Below, piece after piece: positions 26,649 through 40,566 of a stretch of 64,000 bases of DNA. The notes below the pieces were generated by a model. It made no database searches. It was not told the DNA's origin and worked only from the letters and a program-made list of their open reading frames with translations. Position 1 is the first letter of the stretch, and every line of letters begins with the position of its first letter. This stretch comes from Lytechinus pictus (taxonomy: Eukaryota), in assembly GCF_037042905.1 (NCBI RefSeq), contig NC_087263.1:12526001-12590000 (forward strand). The letters run 5' to 3'. The translations under genes and the position numbers were made by a program.

Positions 26649-27364
26649 TAATGTTTCCCATCATTCACTCCCGTTTTTGTTGAAAACTTGTATGAATTAA
26701 AAAAGAAAAACATTTAAAGTCCTGAGGAGGATTTCATGAAACAATATAGTCACTTATTTTCACTGACAATTGTTGCAAGCTACTGAAATCCTTGCATTTG
26801 GTTGGCTTAGGGCAAATTTGTCAGTGAAAATCACTTGCAATGTGCTTCATGAAAAACTCCCTGCTATCCCTGATGTTGATATGTTCATTGTTTCTTTGTT
26901 TGCCTCATGAGAAAAAAAAAGAAGGAAAAAAGAGGGAAAAAATCATTTAACAAAAATTTATGATGATGAATCTGATTAAAGAGTATCAAAGTTACTAGTG
27001 ACATTTTGTGTTTGATTAGTTCTTTGTAAGGGTAAATCATCAGTGTGCTTTTTTATGCCTGCATATGCCATCATTAGGGCGGGGTGGATCCTGAATATAG
27101 CATAGTTTTGGTTTTGGGGCAGAGCAGTTTAAAAAAAAATTGACAAGCAAAGTTACTGAGGCACCACTCACTTGAATATTTTTTTCTTGTATACAAAATC
27201 TTTTTACAAGAAAAAAGTAAAACTTTTGTGAAGGGGGGGGGGGGTTCAAGTCCCGCTGCCCAACCCCCTATGGATCTGCACTGCTTTTGTGTATCTGGAG
27301 AGATGTATTTGAAAATGGTTACCAGGAGAACATAAAAGACCTGTTTTTTCGAGATGATGCTTAA

Positions 27365-27956
27365 AGGGGTCATCCAGACTTGAAATGATATGATTCAAGC
27401 AAATGAAGTAAAAACAGACAGACAAATACTGACAATTTCATCAAAATCATACAATGAATGAAATTATGTCATTTTGAAATTTTGAATTATTTTGGTATAT
27501 TATAACTATTGTATGCATGTCTTCATGAATATGCAATGAACCAGCTGATGTCATATCCCACGTATTCTTTTGTATTATTTATGAAATCATATTCATGCAA
27601 TTTTTGTCCTCCAAGAATTAAAAGAGATCAACTACTAATTGAATGCACAAGATAATCATTGCTGCAGCTACTTGGTTACAAAGGCGACATATCATACACA
27701 CTCAATACTTGTGTGATAACATGAAATAATTATAATTTAAAGTAATAACATAAGAAATAAAAGATAGTGGCGACTTGACATCATCAGTCCAACTAATGAA
27801 TATTGATGATGGGGTGCGTGTGTTTTCACAATATATTGCTAAACTTAAAACTTCAATGGCTATTTATTATTAGATTTTGATAAAATGTTCAATTTGCTCA
27901 GTAATTTTCATTATATTAAATGTGTATTATTATTATTTTCAGCCCTGAGCATCCCT
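27365..27956. mobile_element. Kolobok-type MITE (TTAA TSD, AGGG...CCCT termini)
   Basis: ttaa|aggggtcatccagact ... agccctgagcatccct|ttaa; the interior resembles the 43426 and 59314 copies. Confidence 0.75.
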
Positions 27957-30900
27957 TTAAGTTGTACGGGTGGTGTGGGTGAGGGGTATCGTTGTTCGTG
28001 TGGGTATCCTTCAACCTGTCCAGACCTCTGTTACAAGTTGACTTGATTATAGATATTATTAGTGACACCCTGCTTTTTCACGTAATATGGGAAATATCTA
28101 CGTTCTGGTTCCACATTCCATGAGGCAAGAAGCCGAATCTCTTTAACCCTTATTAAACTGGGGGGGGGGGGGGGCTACTTTTTGCTGTTGTCTTCGTTAA
28201 TTTGCACTAAAGTTCCTTGAGTACCCGATCAAAATATTTATGTACTATTTTTACTATAAGTAGAGTGGATAAGCTCCAAAAATCACAATTGTGCAAATTT
28301 TGACTAGAGCATGAAACTTTCACAAGTATTAGTATATGCCGTAAGATTTATTTTAAAGATTGGTGGTAAATTCATAAATCCCATTTTCGGCCGTTGCCAT
28401 GGCAACGGATTAATTCTCAAAAATAACATACATTCCCATATAAATGGTAAATAAACATGATATAGATGACCAAAATGATAATTTTCAGGCTCCCAATTGA
28501 ATACATATGAAATTTAGAAATATTCAAGATCACCAAGATAGTTCCAATTGGTCCGTTGCCATGGCAACGGCTTGTTTTTCCCCAGAAATATAAAAATTTT
28601 GATAAAAAAAAACGTCGTAGAATGTTTTATCTTTAATTTCCCCAAATTTTACAGTGCTAAACAAAGATATTTTGGTTGCTAAATGTGTAAATTACATCTC
28701 AAGCCATTGCCATGGCAACCAAATAACTTCTACTTCTACAAAAATAACATGATTGACAAGACAATGGACAGGTGGAAAATTCAATTGGAATTGACTTAAT
28801 CTGTATGCTTAAGTTTTGACTCCCTCATTTGAACAAAAAATACAGAAAGTGTTCTGCAGGAGTTCTTTATAAAGAAAAAAAAAAGTATGTTGCCTTGATA
28901 ATGCTTGAATCAAATTTAAAAAGAAACAATTTTGCAAAGGGCCCGTTGTCATGGCAACAGCTTATTTCCCTCTAGAAAGGTAAACATATTGATAAAAATG
29001 TATAATACATGTATGATCATCATTCTATTTTCCCTAATTTTAAGGTACTAATCGAGATGATTAAATTAATAAATATAACATCTTAAGCCATTGCCATGGC
29101 AACCAGATAACATCTAATTAAAAAAGAACCAACAACATGGATGAAAAGGTTATGGTCAGGTTAAAAATACAATGAAAATTAACTGAATGTACATGCATAA
29201 GGTTTGACCTACTCAATTAATGTAGGGGAAATAATACAGTGAGTGTTCTGCGTGAACTAATTAGAATGATAAATATTGATGTTGCCTTGGTAATACTTGA
29301 ATTCAACGATAAATATCAATGTTGCAAATGGCTTGTTGCCATAGAAACGGCTCATCTACCCAAGATTTTGATTTAAAAAAAGGACTGTATAATCTGATTT
29401 TTCTTTCATCTCCCCTAATTTTAGGGTAAAAATGGATGGTGAACCGAATGGATATGTTTGCTGTTAAAATGCAAATAACATCGAAAGTCATTGTCATGGC
29501 AACCAAATAACAACTAATTTGAAGAAAAAAAATAACATGGTTGACATGATAATGGACAGGTGGATAATGCAGTTTATAACAATTAACTCAAGGTTTGACC
29601 CGGTCATTTAATTTGGAAAAAAGATTAGTGTTTCGAATTAGTTCATTAGAATGATGAAATTTGAGGTTGCCTTGGTAATGCTTGAATTTAATGATAAATA
29701 TCAATGTTGCATATGGCCCGTTGCCATGGCAACGACTCCTGTTTTCCCAAGAAAAGTACCAAATTTGATCGAAAAACAGTTTAGAATCTGCATTTTGTCA
29801 CAAATTTCCCTTAATTTTAGGGTGCAAAGCATAAATATGTTTGCTGTTGATATACAAATATCTTAAGCCATTACTATGACAACCAAATAACATCTAATTT
29901 CAGTGGCTTAATTTGGTCTCTATGCAATGGTTTTAAGGGTGAAGTAGTACATTGGGACTAGTTATAAGGACAGCCAGTGGTCTGATGTGTCCAAAACCCT
30001 TAGACGGCTTCCAAAAATGGAGTTTGAAATAGCTGTTAAATGGACATAGCTCATTTCATATCCGTCTGGGATATATGATTTTGGTGTCTAGACCATGGTT
30101 TCAATGGTCAAATAATATACTATGACAAGTTAAACGGACAGTCAGTTGTCCAGTATATCAAAAATTCAAAGATGGCTTCCAAAAATGGAGTCTAAAATTG
30201 CTGTTGCTACATTAAAAACCGTAGTTTGTTTAATATCCTGGAATATGTTTGTCATGGTTAGATGGGTCAAATAATACATTAGGACAAGTAACAAGGACAG
30301 TCAGTGGTCAAGTGTGTCCAAAAATCCAAGGTGGCTTCCAAAATGGAATATAAAACAGCCCCTGTTACTAACAAATTGACATATTTTGTGTAATATCTGC
30401 CAAGGGCATATTATTTTGATATCTAAACCATGATTTTAAAAGTCAGTAAATACATCATGTACATGGGAACAAGTTATAAGGACAGTCAGTAATCCAGTAT
30501 GTCTAAACATCCAAGATGGCTTCCAACAATTGGAGTCTAATCGGAGTCTGTTACTTAAAAATTGACATAGTTCATTAAAAATCCACCAAGGAAAATGACT
30601 TTGATGTTCACACTTTGGTTTCAAGGTTGAAAAAATACGTTTAGACTGGTTACAATGATATCCACTTGTCCATTTTGCCTAAAAATCCAAGAGGGTTTTC
30701 AAAATGGCATATCAAATGACTTTTATCACTAAAAAATTATCAGAGTTCATACAACATCCACCTGTGAGAAACAATTTTAGTGTCTACACTGTGGTATGAA
30801 GGGTCCACTATTACATTAGGACAAGTAACAAGGATGGTTAGTTTTCAATTTTGTCCAAACTCCAAGGTAGATTCTAAAATTACATCAACTCTTATCTGTT

Positions 30901-31157
30901 TGCATTTTGAATGTATATAGGCACCAAATTATTTCTCACAACTGGATATTATATCCACTTCAAAGTAACAGTCGTCATTTTAGAACCCATTTATGGAAGC
31001 CATCTTGGATTTTCAGGCAAAATGTATAATTGTAACCAGTCCCAAAGTATAATTTGATCCTTGAAACCCTAGTGTAGTGACCAAAATAACATCCCCAGGT
31101 GTATTGTTAATGTACTATGTCCACTTTTAAGTAACATTTAAACCCCCATTTTTCGGC

Positions 31158-33017
31158 AGTTTATAATCACTCGCGTTTTGAATTTTTGGCGATTTTTTTT
31201 TATTTCGGTGCGATTTTTTTAACGGTGTCTTCAATGGGACAGACATGCAGGGAAAATAAAATGAAATTGAAATTCGAGTTTCGTTTTAAGCCGGCAATTA
31301 AGTGCCTTAAAAAATGTACTCGACTACTGCTTTAACATAACAAACAAGCAAATCAGCCATGTGGCTCAACTAACTTAGAATAGATCCGGACTTCTACTGT
31401 GTTATATACGAGGACTCCCGAGTCGGAACTTGCCATATCTGCCACATCGATATTACATCGTATCATTCCCATATGCGGACATGCCTGCATGCAATGGCCC
31501 CAAGGCGTCCGGACCCGGCCGCGGTCGGACACGACGTGCATCGGTAGCATGGAGCAAGCTAACGTGAGTCGAGCTGAGTTAGATCCCACGTTATATATGA
31601 GGCACCGATTGTACCAATATTATATAGAACAATCATTTGTTATATAATCATTATTCATTAAATAATAACTATTATTTATATATAATTTACATTCTATTTG
31701 TAAATAATTACTATTATATAAAATAACATTTCTAATTATTTATATATAATTCCAAGTAATACTTCATTACTTGTAAATAATAATAGTTCGACATTCCATT
31801 ATTTATAAATAATGATTATTTGTTTTTCATTATCTATAAATAATAATTTTTGTGTTTCATTATTTATAAATAATGACACTGCATACTTCATTATTTATGA
31901 ATAATTGCAATTCGTTTTTTTATTATTTATAAAAAGGTTTGTCGAGTTTTCTATTATTTGTAAATGATAATTATCTATATTAACAATGCCAGTGCACATT
32001 TCTTTATTTATAAATAATTTGTTTAGTTTCCCATTATTTATAAATAATGAAAATTCATCGTGTTTCATTATTTATAAATAACATTTTTGTTTGAATATCC
32101 CATTATTTATAAATAATCATTATTTATAAATGAATTTTACAGTTTGCCATTATATACAAATAATCGTTATTTATATACAAATAACCATTATTTATAAATA
32201 ATGAAAAACAAATAATCAGTATTTATAAATAATGAAAAACAAATAACCATTATTTATAAATAATGAAAAACAAACAATCAGTATTTATAAATAATGAAAA
32301 ACAAATAATCATTATTTATAAATAATGAAAAACAAATAATCAGTATTTATAAATAATGAAAAACAAATAATCATTACTTATAAATAATAGAATGTCGAAC
32401 TATTATTATTTACAAATAATGAAGTATTACTTGGAATTATATATAAATAATTAGAAATGTTATTTTATATAATAGTAATTATTTACAAATAGAATGTAAA
32501 TTATATATAAATAATAGTTATTATTTAATGAATAATGATTATATAACAAATGATTGTTCTATATAATATTGGTACAATCGGCGTCTCATATGTAACGTGG
32601 GATCTAACTCAGCTCGACTCACGTTAGCTTGCTCCATGCTACCGATGCACGTCGTGTCCGACCGCGGACGGGTCCGGCCGCCTTGGGGCCATTGCATGCA
32701 GGCATGTCCGCATATGGGAATGATACGATGTAATATCGATGTGGCAGATATGGCAAGTTCCGACTCGGAGTCCTCGTATAAGACACAGTAGAAGTCCGGA
32801 TCTATTCTAAGTTAGTTGAGCCACATGGCTGATTTGCTAATTGTTTGTTATGTTAAAACAGTAGTCGAGTACATCTTATTTAACGCACTTGCCGGCTTAA
32901 AACGAAACTCGAATTTCAATTTCATTTTATTTTCCCAGCGTGTTTGTCCCATTGAAGACACCGTTAGAAAAAAAAATCGCACCGAAATGAAAAAAAAATC
33001 GCCAAAAATAAAAAACC
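31158..33017. mobile_element. Foldback-like element / 1.85-kb giant palindrome
   Basis: Arms at about 31175-31830 and 32350-33017 are nearly identical in reverse complement. The AT-rich centre holds 31-bp tandem repeats containing TTATTTATAAATAA. Confidence 0.85.
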
Positions 33018-33390
33018 CTTTGACTTGACCCTTTAAATACTAGTGTAGACACTAAAATCATTTCCCCAATGTATGTTATTAATGAACAATATGTCCATAT
33101 TGAAGTAACAACAGTCAATTTAGACCCCATTTTGGAGGCCATCTTGGATTTTGTTTACATACCTGTCCACTGACTGTCCTTATAACTTTTTTTTAATGCA
33201 TTAAACAATGGTTTTATGATTGTGGTTTATACATCAAATTCATATTCCCCAGACAGATATTGAACAAACGATGTCCTAATTTATTATTTGACTCTTGAAA
33301 CTATGGTTTAGACACCATCACATCTCACAGGCGGATATAGAATGAGCTATGTCAATTTTTAATAAACAATTTTTGTCAGCCATCTTCCGT

Positions 33391-34578
33391 TTTTGTCTCG
33401 CCTGCATAACAGAGCGAGACTATAGGCGCCGCTTTTCCGACGGCGGCGGCGGCGGCGGCGGCGTCTACATCAAATCTTAACCTAAGGTTAAGTTTTTGAA
33501 ATGACATCATACCTTAAAAAGTATATGAACCTAGTTCATGAAACTTGGACATAGGGTTAATCAAGTATTACTGAACATCCTGCCTGAGTTTCAGGTCACA
33601 TGACTAAAGTCAAAGGTCATTTAGGGTCAATGAACTTAGACCATGTTGGGAAAATTATTTTCAAAATCTTAACCGAAGGTTAAGTTCTTGAAATGACATC
33701 ATAACTTAAAAATTATATGGACCTAGTTCATGAAACTTAGGCATAAGGTTAATCAAGTATTAGTGAACATCCTGCTCGAGTTTCAGGTCACGTGACTAAG
33801 GTCAAAGGTCATTTAGGGTCAATGAACTTTGGTCAAGTTGGGGGTATTTGTTGAATTACTATCATAACTTTGAAAATGTATGGATCTTGTCCATGAAACT
33901 TGGACATAAGGTTAATCAAGTATTAGTGAACATCCTGCCTGAGTTTCAGGTCACATGACCAAGGTCAAAGGTCATTTAGGGTCAATGAACTTTGGCCAAG
34001 TTGGGGGTATTTGTTGAATTACCATCATAACTTTGAAAATTTATGGATTTAGTTAATGAAACTTGGACATTAGGTTAATCAAGTACCACTGAATATCCTG
34101 TGCGAGTTTTAGGTCACATGACCATGGTCAATGGTCATTTAAGGTCAATGAACTTTGGCCGTGTTGGGGGTATATGTTAAATTACCATCCTAACTCTGAA
34201 AGTTTATGGATCTAGTTCATAAAACTTGGGATATAAGAGTAATCAAGCATCACTGAACATCCCCTGTGAGTTTCAGGTCACAAAACCAAGTCAAAGGTCA
34301 GTTAATGTCAATAAACTTAGGCCATGTTGGGGTAATTGTTGAAGTGCCATCATAACTTTGAAAGTTTATGGATAGAGTGAATGAAATGTGGACATGGGTG
34401 TAGTTGACAGTCTTAAGTCTCCGTTCAAATGTCATTTATGGTCAATGAACGTGGTATTATGTCATTATATGAATGATGTTTTTGTGAATGATTATTTTAT
34501 AGTAGTTTTCAAAGTTAGCACTGCTGCTATATTAAATTGCGTAATGCAGGCGAGACTGCCAGAGGCGTTCCACTTGTT
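33391..34578 (+). mobile_element. HINE/Helentron-associated element, copy 2 (diverged subfamily)
   Basis: Same architecture as 21211; subTIR gtctcgcctgcat / atgcaggcgagac. Inserted in a T-run that splits a host repeat unit (agccatcttccgtttt|ttaacataccagaccactgactg). Confidence 0.85.
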
Positions 34579-35601
34579 TAACATACCAGACCACTGACTG
34601 TTCTTGTAACTTGTCCTAATGCATTACTTGACCCTTTAAACCATGGTTTAGACACCAAAATCATATTCCCCAGACAGATATTGAACAAACTATGTTTATT
34701 TGTAAGCAACAATAGACATTGCTTTACTCCTTTTTTTTGAAGCCATCTTTGAATTTTGGACATACTAGACCACTGACTGTCCGTTGTTGCCTGTCCTAAT
34801 GTATTATTGGCCTTTGAAATGGTAGTTTAGACACCTAAATTATAATCTCACAGGTGAATATAAAATGAGCTATTCCACTTTCAAGTATCAGTAGCCATTT
34901 TAGAATCATTTTTGTAGCCATTTTAGAATCATATTGGATTTTCGGACATACATGACTCATTGTAACTTGTCCTAATATTATTAGACTCTAAAAAATCCCA
35001 ATGATTTAGACACCAAAATCACATCCCCCAGGCCAATATGAAATGAGCTACGTCCACTTTAGCTATCAGCAACCACTTTAGATTCAATTTCTTGAAGCCA
35101 TCTTGGATTTTTGGACATTCCAGACCACTGGCCATGCTGGCTGTCCATGTAACTTGGCCCAATGTACTACTGGATCCTTAAAACCAATGAATAGAAACCA
35201 AATTAAAGCCATTTTATCAAGTAATGGATGAATTGTGGATTTCAAGCCTACGGCAGCCAGTGAGGGCACCATCTTGGATTTTCCTGTTACCCTGAAGTGC
35301 TTAAATTTTTTTCAACCAGTATTAGGGTATTTTTGATCGTATATTGACCGGTCTACTTATCATGTAATATAACCAGTGAATAGATTACACTTCATGTTGA
35401 ATAGATTCATGTTACTTAAACAATTATCACAGTATTTCAAAATTCTCTTCGTCAAAATCAGTAGTGTAATTTTGAGGGGGGCCAGATATGACGTATCGAG
35501 CAAAATTTATTTTAAAAAGTTGTCAGCGAGCCCAGCGAGAGAGCAAAACTTTCGAAATTTCATTACAAAAATAAAATTTTGTAAAAGATTTTTGGGTAAA
35601 G

Positions 35602-37162
35602 TAGGGGAGACCGGGGTTAGTTGGAACATTTTTGACAAAAATGGCTGTAAAATCCAAATAGATTTTATTCGAGAAACAATCAATATATCAGCTTGAAGCA
35701 TATATCTAAGGGCTTCAAATGTACCCAATAACATTTTTAACTCTATTATGGTTACTGAAAAATTCCACCTTGAACAAAACCATCGCAAACGTTCCAACTT
35801 ACCCCAATACGGGGTAAGCTGGAACATGGTATGGGGTAAGTTGGAACACTGCATGGTCAATTTAGAATTATACTAAAACTAATTAAAACTATAATATTAC
35901 ATGGTTTTAGCCTATTTGCTTTATTTTTTCAAGTTCAAAATATCTGAAGTGTGGATTTGTAGAACTTTATGTTTTCTATTATACAGCCACTCACGCAAGC
36001 AGACTGTGTAATAGAATTCTGCATATTTGGATGCGTTTGATTTAACATGCAATTAAGTGTACTACCAGCAATTTCATGTACTTCTGCATCAAATTTACAA
36101 GACAAAAATTAATTGTTTATATTTTTTTCATTAATTAATTATGCAAATAAGCATATGAAATTTGCCCTAATTTTTTTTAAATGTTTTTGCCTCTATTTAT
36201 TAAGCTAGTAGAATGCTAATTTTTGGTAAGAGTATCAATTTTCACATTTATAACAAATATCCACCAAAAATTGCAAAAAATATAATTTCGTATGTATTTT
36301 TTGTTTTTTGTATTTGTATTTCTTTGTTTTTTCGAACCTTTGTTTTTTCCGATGAACTTTGTCAGGACTCTTTTGCGATCATAAATAGCATAAAATAAAT
36401 CTATTTGAACCAACAAAAGTAAAAAAATAATCATACATTTATGACTTTTGGTTGAAAAACACAATTTGCATTGACCTTGTACATGGAATCACGTTTTTGA
36501 GCAATTTCGGGTCCGACATGCACGTACAAAATGTTGCGTAATTTCGAAAGCACGCACACAGGCGTCAAAAGTTTGGTCTCAAATGATGTGCAAGACTTGA
36601 CAGTAAAAAGTCAGCGAGCAGTGTAGTCAAAAAATTTCGCGCGACGGCGTAGTTTTCACACTCAGACCTAACTGATAAACAAAACAAGCATGGTATACAA
36701 TACATGTTCAGAAGAGTGTGAAATACTTTATATATTTTTATTCATAATTATGTTTGGGGTAAGTTGGAACATGTTCCAACTAGCCCCTTCAATTTTGTTC
36801 CAACTAACCCCGGAGGCCCATTTGACGTTTATAAGCTTACATCACAAAAAAGGGACTTCACCATGGCATATTAATAACCTTATTTTGTAGCTTGGTACAA
36901 GTGTCTATCATTCCGCAAACTGGCCAACTTGATCTATGAACTTCTCTGAAATAATAAAACATTTCTGAAAGAGAAAAAAAATTACTCAGAAGGTGACTAA
37001 CTTCACCAGGCTTGTTGCACATGTGTTGTTTTTAATATGGTGGATGGCTGTTGATAATGACAATAAATTGAGGGCAGTATTGCAGAAATTTATTTAAAGA
37101 CGTTAAAGAAAATTACAATGTTTCAACTTACCCCGCGTTCCAACTAGCCCCGGTCTCCCCTA
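35602..37162. mobile_element. Non-autonomous TIR element (probably Tc1/mariner-pogo type)
   Basis: TIR taggggagaccggggttagttggaac / gttccaactagccccggtctccccta with repeated subterminal ggggtaagttggaaca motifs. Exact ends are ambiguous by a few nt. Confidence 0.75.
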
Positions 37163-40100
37163 TTCGTAAAAAAATCATATTTCATCCATCCCTCTTTATT
37201 TTTTCTTGGTAATGATTTTTTTTTTGGGGGGGGGTAGGGTTGCAAAATTCCCGGGAATCTTCTTGATGGAAACTTTCCATGGGAATAAAAAGGAATTTTC
37301 TGAATTTTAGGCAATTTTCAGGAATTTTCAAGAAATGATGGGAATTTTCAAAAAGTAACAATTTTCTGATATTTATATGCAAGAATTGAAAGGCGTACCC
37401 TGGCAGATGATGCTTGATAGTGCTTTGCCATCAAATTTCAAGCCAAGTATTATGCTAAAACAATCAGACAATGCATAATTTTATTTATTTCCATGTAAAC
37501 GTTGATTTACTGTATTTACTTTGATTAGGAGTTCAAGACTATGTCAACTCCTCAAATACTGTAGACTTAAGATTTTGATTTATCAACCCCTATAATCCCC
37601 TTATATATTGATATGATGAACGGCTTTAAAGCACAAATCACCCCAAGACGCTTTCTTCAAAATAGCCACCTGCAAATACTTTGAACGAAATTGTCCAGCA
37701 TCGAAATTAGAGTTTCGGGAATTTATTTGAGCCCCAAAAAGGCTGATATGATTTTTGTAGGTTTTATTTCGATGCCATGCATAATTAAATGAGATGGTGC
37801 TTATCCATTTATCCATTTATGTTCAGCACCCTCAAATAAGGGAAAAGGAAATAAAATAAACATAATTTTATCAAAATTTGTACTTTTCTGGGACCATTGG
37901 CAACATTGATATTTATCATTATGTTCAAGCATTACCAAATCAACAACCTAATGAAATCATGCATAACACTTAATGTAAGAGTAGGTCAAACTTTTTGCAT
38001 ATTAAGTTAATTTTATTGTATTTCCGCCTTTCCATTATCTTGACAGCCATGTTATTTTATTGCCATGGCAATACCTTAAGATGTTATCTTTACATTTAAC
38101 AACAAACATGTACGTGTATGTTTAACACCCTAAACTTAGTGGAAATAAATGAAAATTAAGATTCTACAATTGATTATTTATATATTAACAAGCATATATA
38201 TGCTTAGCACCCTAAAAATAGGGGAAATGAAAGAATCAGCTTTTACAATGTGTTTTTGTTTATCAAAGCTGATACTTTTCTGGGGGGAAATGATTTTTTT
38301 GAAACACTAATATTTATCATTGAATTCAAGTATTACATATGCAACATCATTTTATTATTTTAATGAACTCATGCAGAACACACACATTTTTGTTCAAAAT
38401 TAACTGACTGGCCAAACCTTTTGCGTATTGGGTTATTTGTAATTGTATTTTCCACCTGTCCATAATCTTATCCAAATTATTATTTTTTTGTAAATTAGAT
38501 ATTTGGTTGCCATGGCAATAGCTTCTGATGTTATTTATACATTTTGCATCAAACATATATATGTTTAGCGCACTAAGATTAGGGAAAATGCAAGAAAAAT
38601 CAGATTCTACAGTCCTTTATTTAATCAAAACTGGTACTAAATGGTCCGTTACTCTGGCAACAGGCCATTTGGGACATTTATATTTATCGTTGAATTCAAG
38701 TATTACAAAGGCAACATCAATGTTTATCATTCTAATTAGTTCATGCAGAACACTCACTGTATTATTTTCCCCTAAATTAGTTGAGTAGGTCAAACCTTAT
38801 GCAAGTACATTAAGTTAATTTTCATTGTACCTCCATAACATTGTCATCCATGTTATTGCTTTTTTAAATTAGATGTTATCTGGTTGCCATGGCAATGGCT
38901 TAAGATGTTATATCTATAAATTTAGTCACAAACATATCTCGATTAGTACCTTAAAATTAGGGAAAATAGAATGATGATCATACATGTACTCTACATTTTT
39001 ATCAATATTTTCAGCTTTCTAGAGGGAAATAAGCTGTAGCAATGGCAACGAGCCCTTTGCAACATTAAAAAAATTGAATTCAAGCATTACCAAGGCAACA
39101 TGATTTTGTTGTCTTTATAAAGAACTCCTGCAGAACACTTTCCTTATTTTTTGTTCAAATGGGGGGTCAAAACTTAAGCATACAGATTAAGTCAATTCCA
39201 ATTGTATTTTCCACCTGTCCATTGTCCTGTCAACCATTTTTTGTTTTGTATTTTTGTGAATTAAATGTTATTTGGTTGCCATGGCAATAGCAAATGCAAT
39301 TTATACATTTAGCAACCAAAATTTATATGTTTAGCACTGTAAAATTAGGGAAAATTAAAAATAAATCATATTCTACAACGTTTTTTTGATCAAATTTTTT
39401 TTTCTTTCTAAATTTCATATGTATTCAATTGGGAGCCTGAAAATTATCATTTTGGTCATCTATATCATGTTTATTTACCATTTACAAGGGAATGTATGTT
39501 ATTTTTGAGAAATTAATCCGTTGCCATGGCAACGGCCGTAAACGGCATTTATAAATTTACCTCCCATCTGTTAAAATAAATCTTACGGCATATACTAATA
39601 CTTGTGAAAGTTTCATGCTTTAGTCATAATTTGCACAATTTCGGCTTATCCGCTCTACTATATTATAATCGTTATCATCATCATCATAATCATATTGTCA
39701 AGAAATAGACAAGAATAACCGTCGTTTCTGGGGATTTATTCAACAATTTCTGACATTTTACTGTAATCCCCATCCATATGTATTGGTGAGTGAGCCAACG
39801 CAGTTCAGCGGAACAACCAAAATACATAGACTGAAGCTTTTGGTCTAGTCAAGAAACACAACAATGGAACTCAAAACGTAGAGATAAAGATAGAAAAACG
39901 ATTCAATGCCCAATTAAACTTCTACAGAATACATCACTTTATAAAGTCACATTTCTTAGTAATAACGATATCGCAATTATCACTCACCGATGGTAGTGTA
40001 GGGGGCAAACTTGGAAACTATAAGTGTAAAGAAGACCTTTCAACGAAAAGTGCCATTTTCTTGTTTTCCAAAATATCATCAGAAAATAAACCAGCCATCT

Positions 40101-40483
40101 CTTGGCTAGAACTGGTAATGTGTACCTCTAGCTCTGTGCACACCAAGACAGATTCATAGGGTGTGTCTTCTCACCACTAGTCTAATACAGCAGCAACGGC
40201 TATCTATCTACACACAGAGGCTTTTAAATACAAAAGAGGTATACAAAACATGTTTAAGGTTCATTAACAAGTGTTAATGCCATACCACTTTCCTTTTTAT
40301 TGCTAGGAATGAAGCATTACACACAATACAACTAGCACTCTAATGAACACCAGGCATCTGGATTGATCACTCAACCATCAATGGCACATTCTCCCCTCCT
40401 CTCTCTCATTCTCTCTATCTCTATTAATTTCTCTCTCTTATAACCTTTTATGCTTCAAACTGCACACCTCATTTTAGGGTGTG

Positions 40484-40535
40484 TTTTTGTCTCACCTGCA
40501 TAGCAGAGTGAGACTATAGGCGCCGCTTTTCCGAC

Positions 40536-40566
<31 letters not shown>

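Larger units (their letters stand above)
29903..35358. mobile_element. Inner inverted-repeat element of degenerate units carrying CAAGATGGC motifs, left end truncated
   Basis: Units ggacagtcagtggtc...aaaatccaagatggcttccaa run forward at 29930-30900 and reverse at 30990-35290. 29903-29940 is the reverse complement of about 35171-35210. The right end ggtctact resembles the outer terminus. Confidence 0.55.
28258..39660. mobile_element. Large non-autonomous long-TIR DNA transposon (Academ-like) with nested insertions
   Basis: Inverted arms at about 28258-29900 and 37800-39660 built from roughly 390-bp units. Termini aagtagagtggataagc / gcttatccgctctacta with a 3-bp TAT duplication (28255-28257, 39661-39663). 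No transposase ORF. Confidence 0.75.

Noticed and set aside
31353..32791. Paired ORFs MGSNSARLTLACS... on opposite strands
   Set aside because: They result from the inverted repeat. They start at GTG, their C-termini are frameshifted relative to each other, and they have no recognisable domain.
28258..39660. Polinton/Maverick or endogenous virus
   Set aside because: The AGTAG-like ends are suggestive, but there is no 6-bp TSD and no polymerase, integrase or capsid ORF. A 3-bp TSD fits better.
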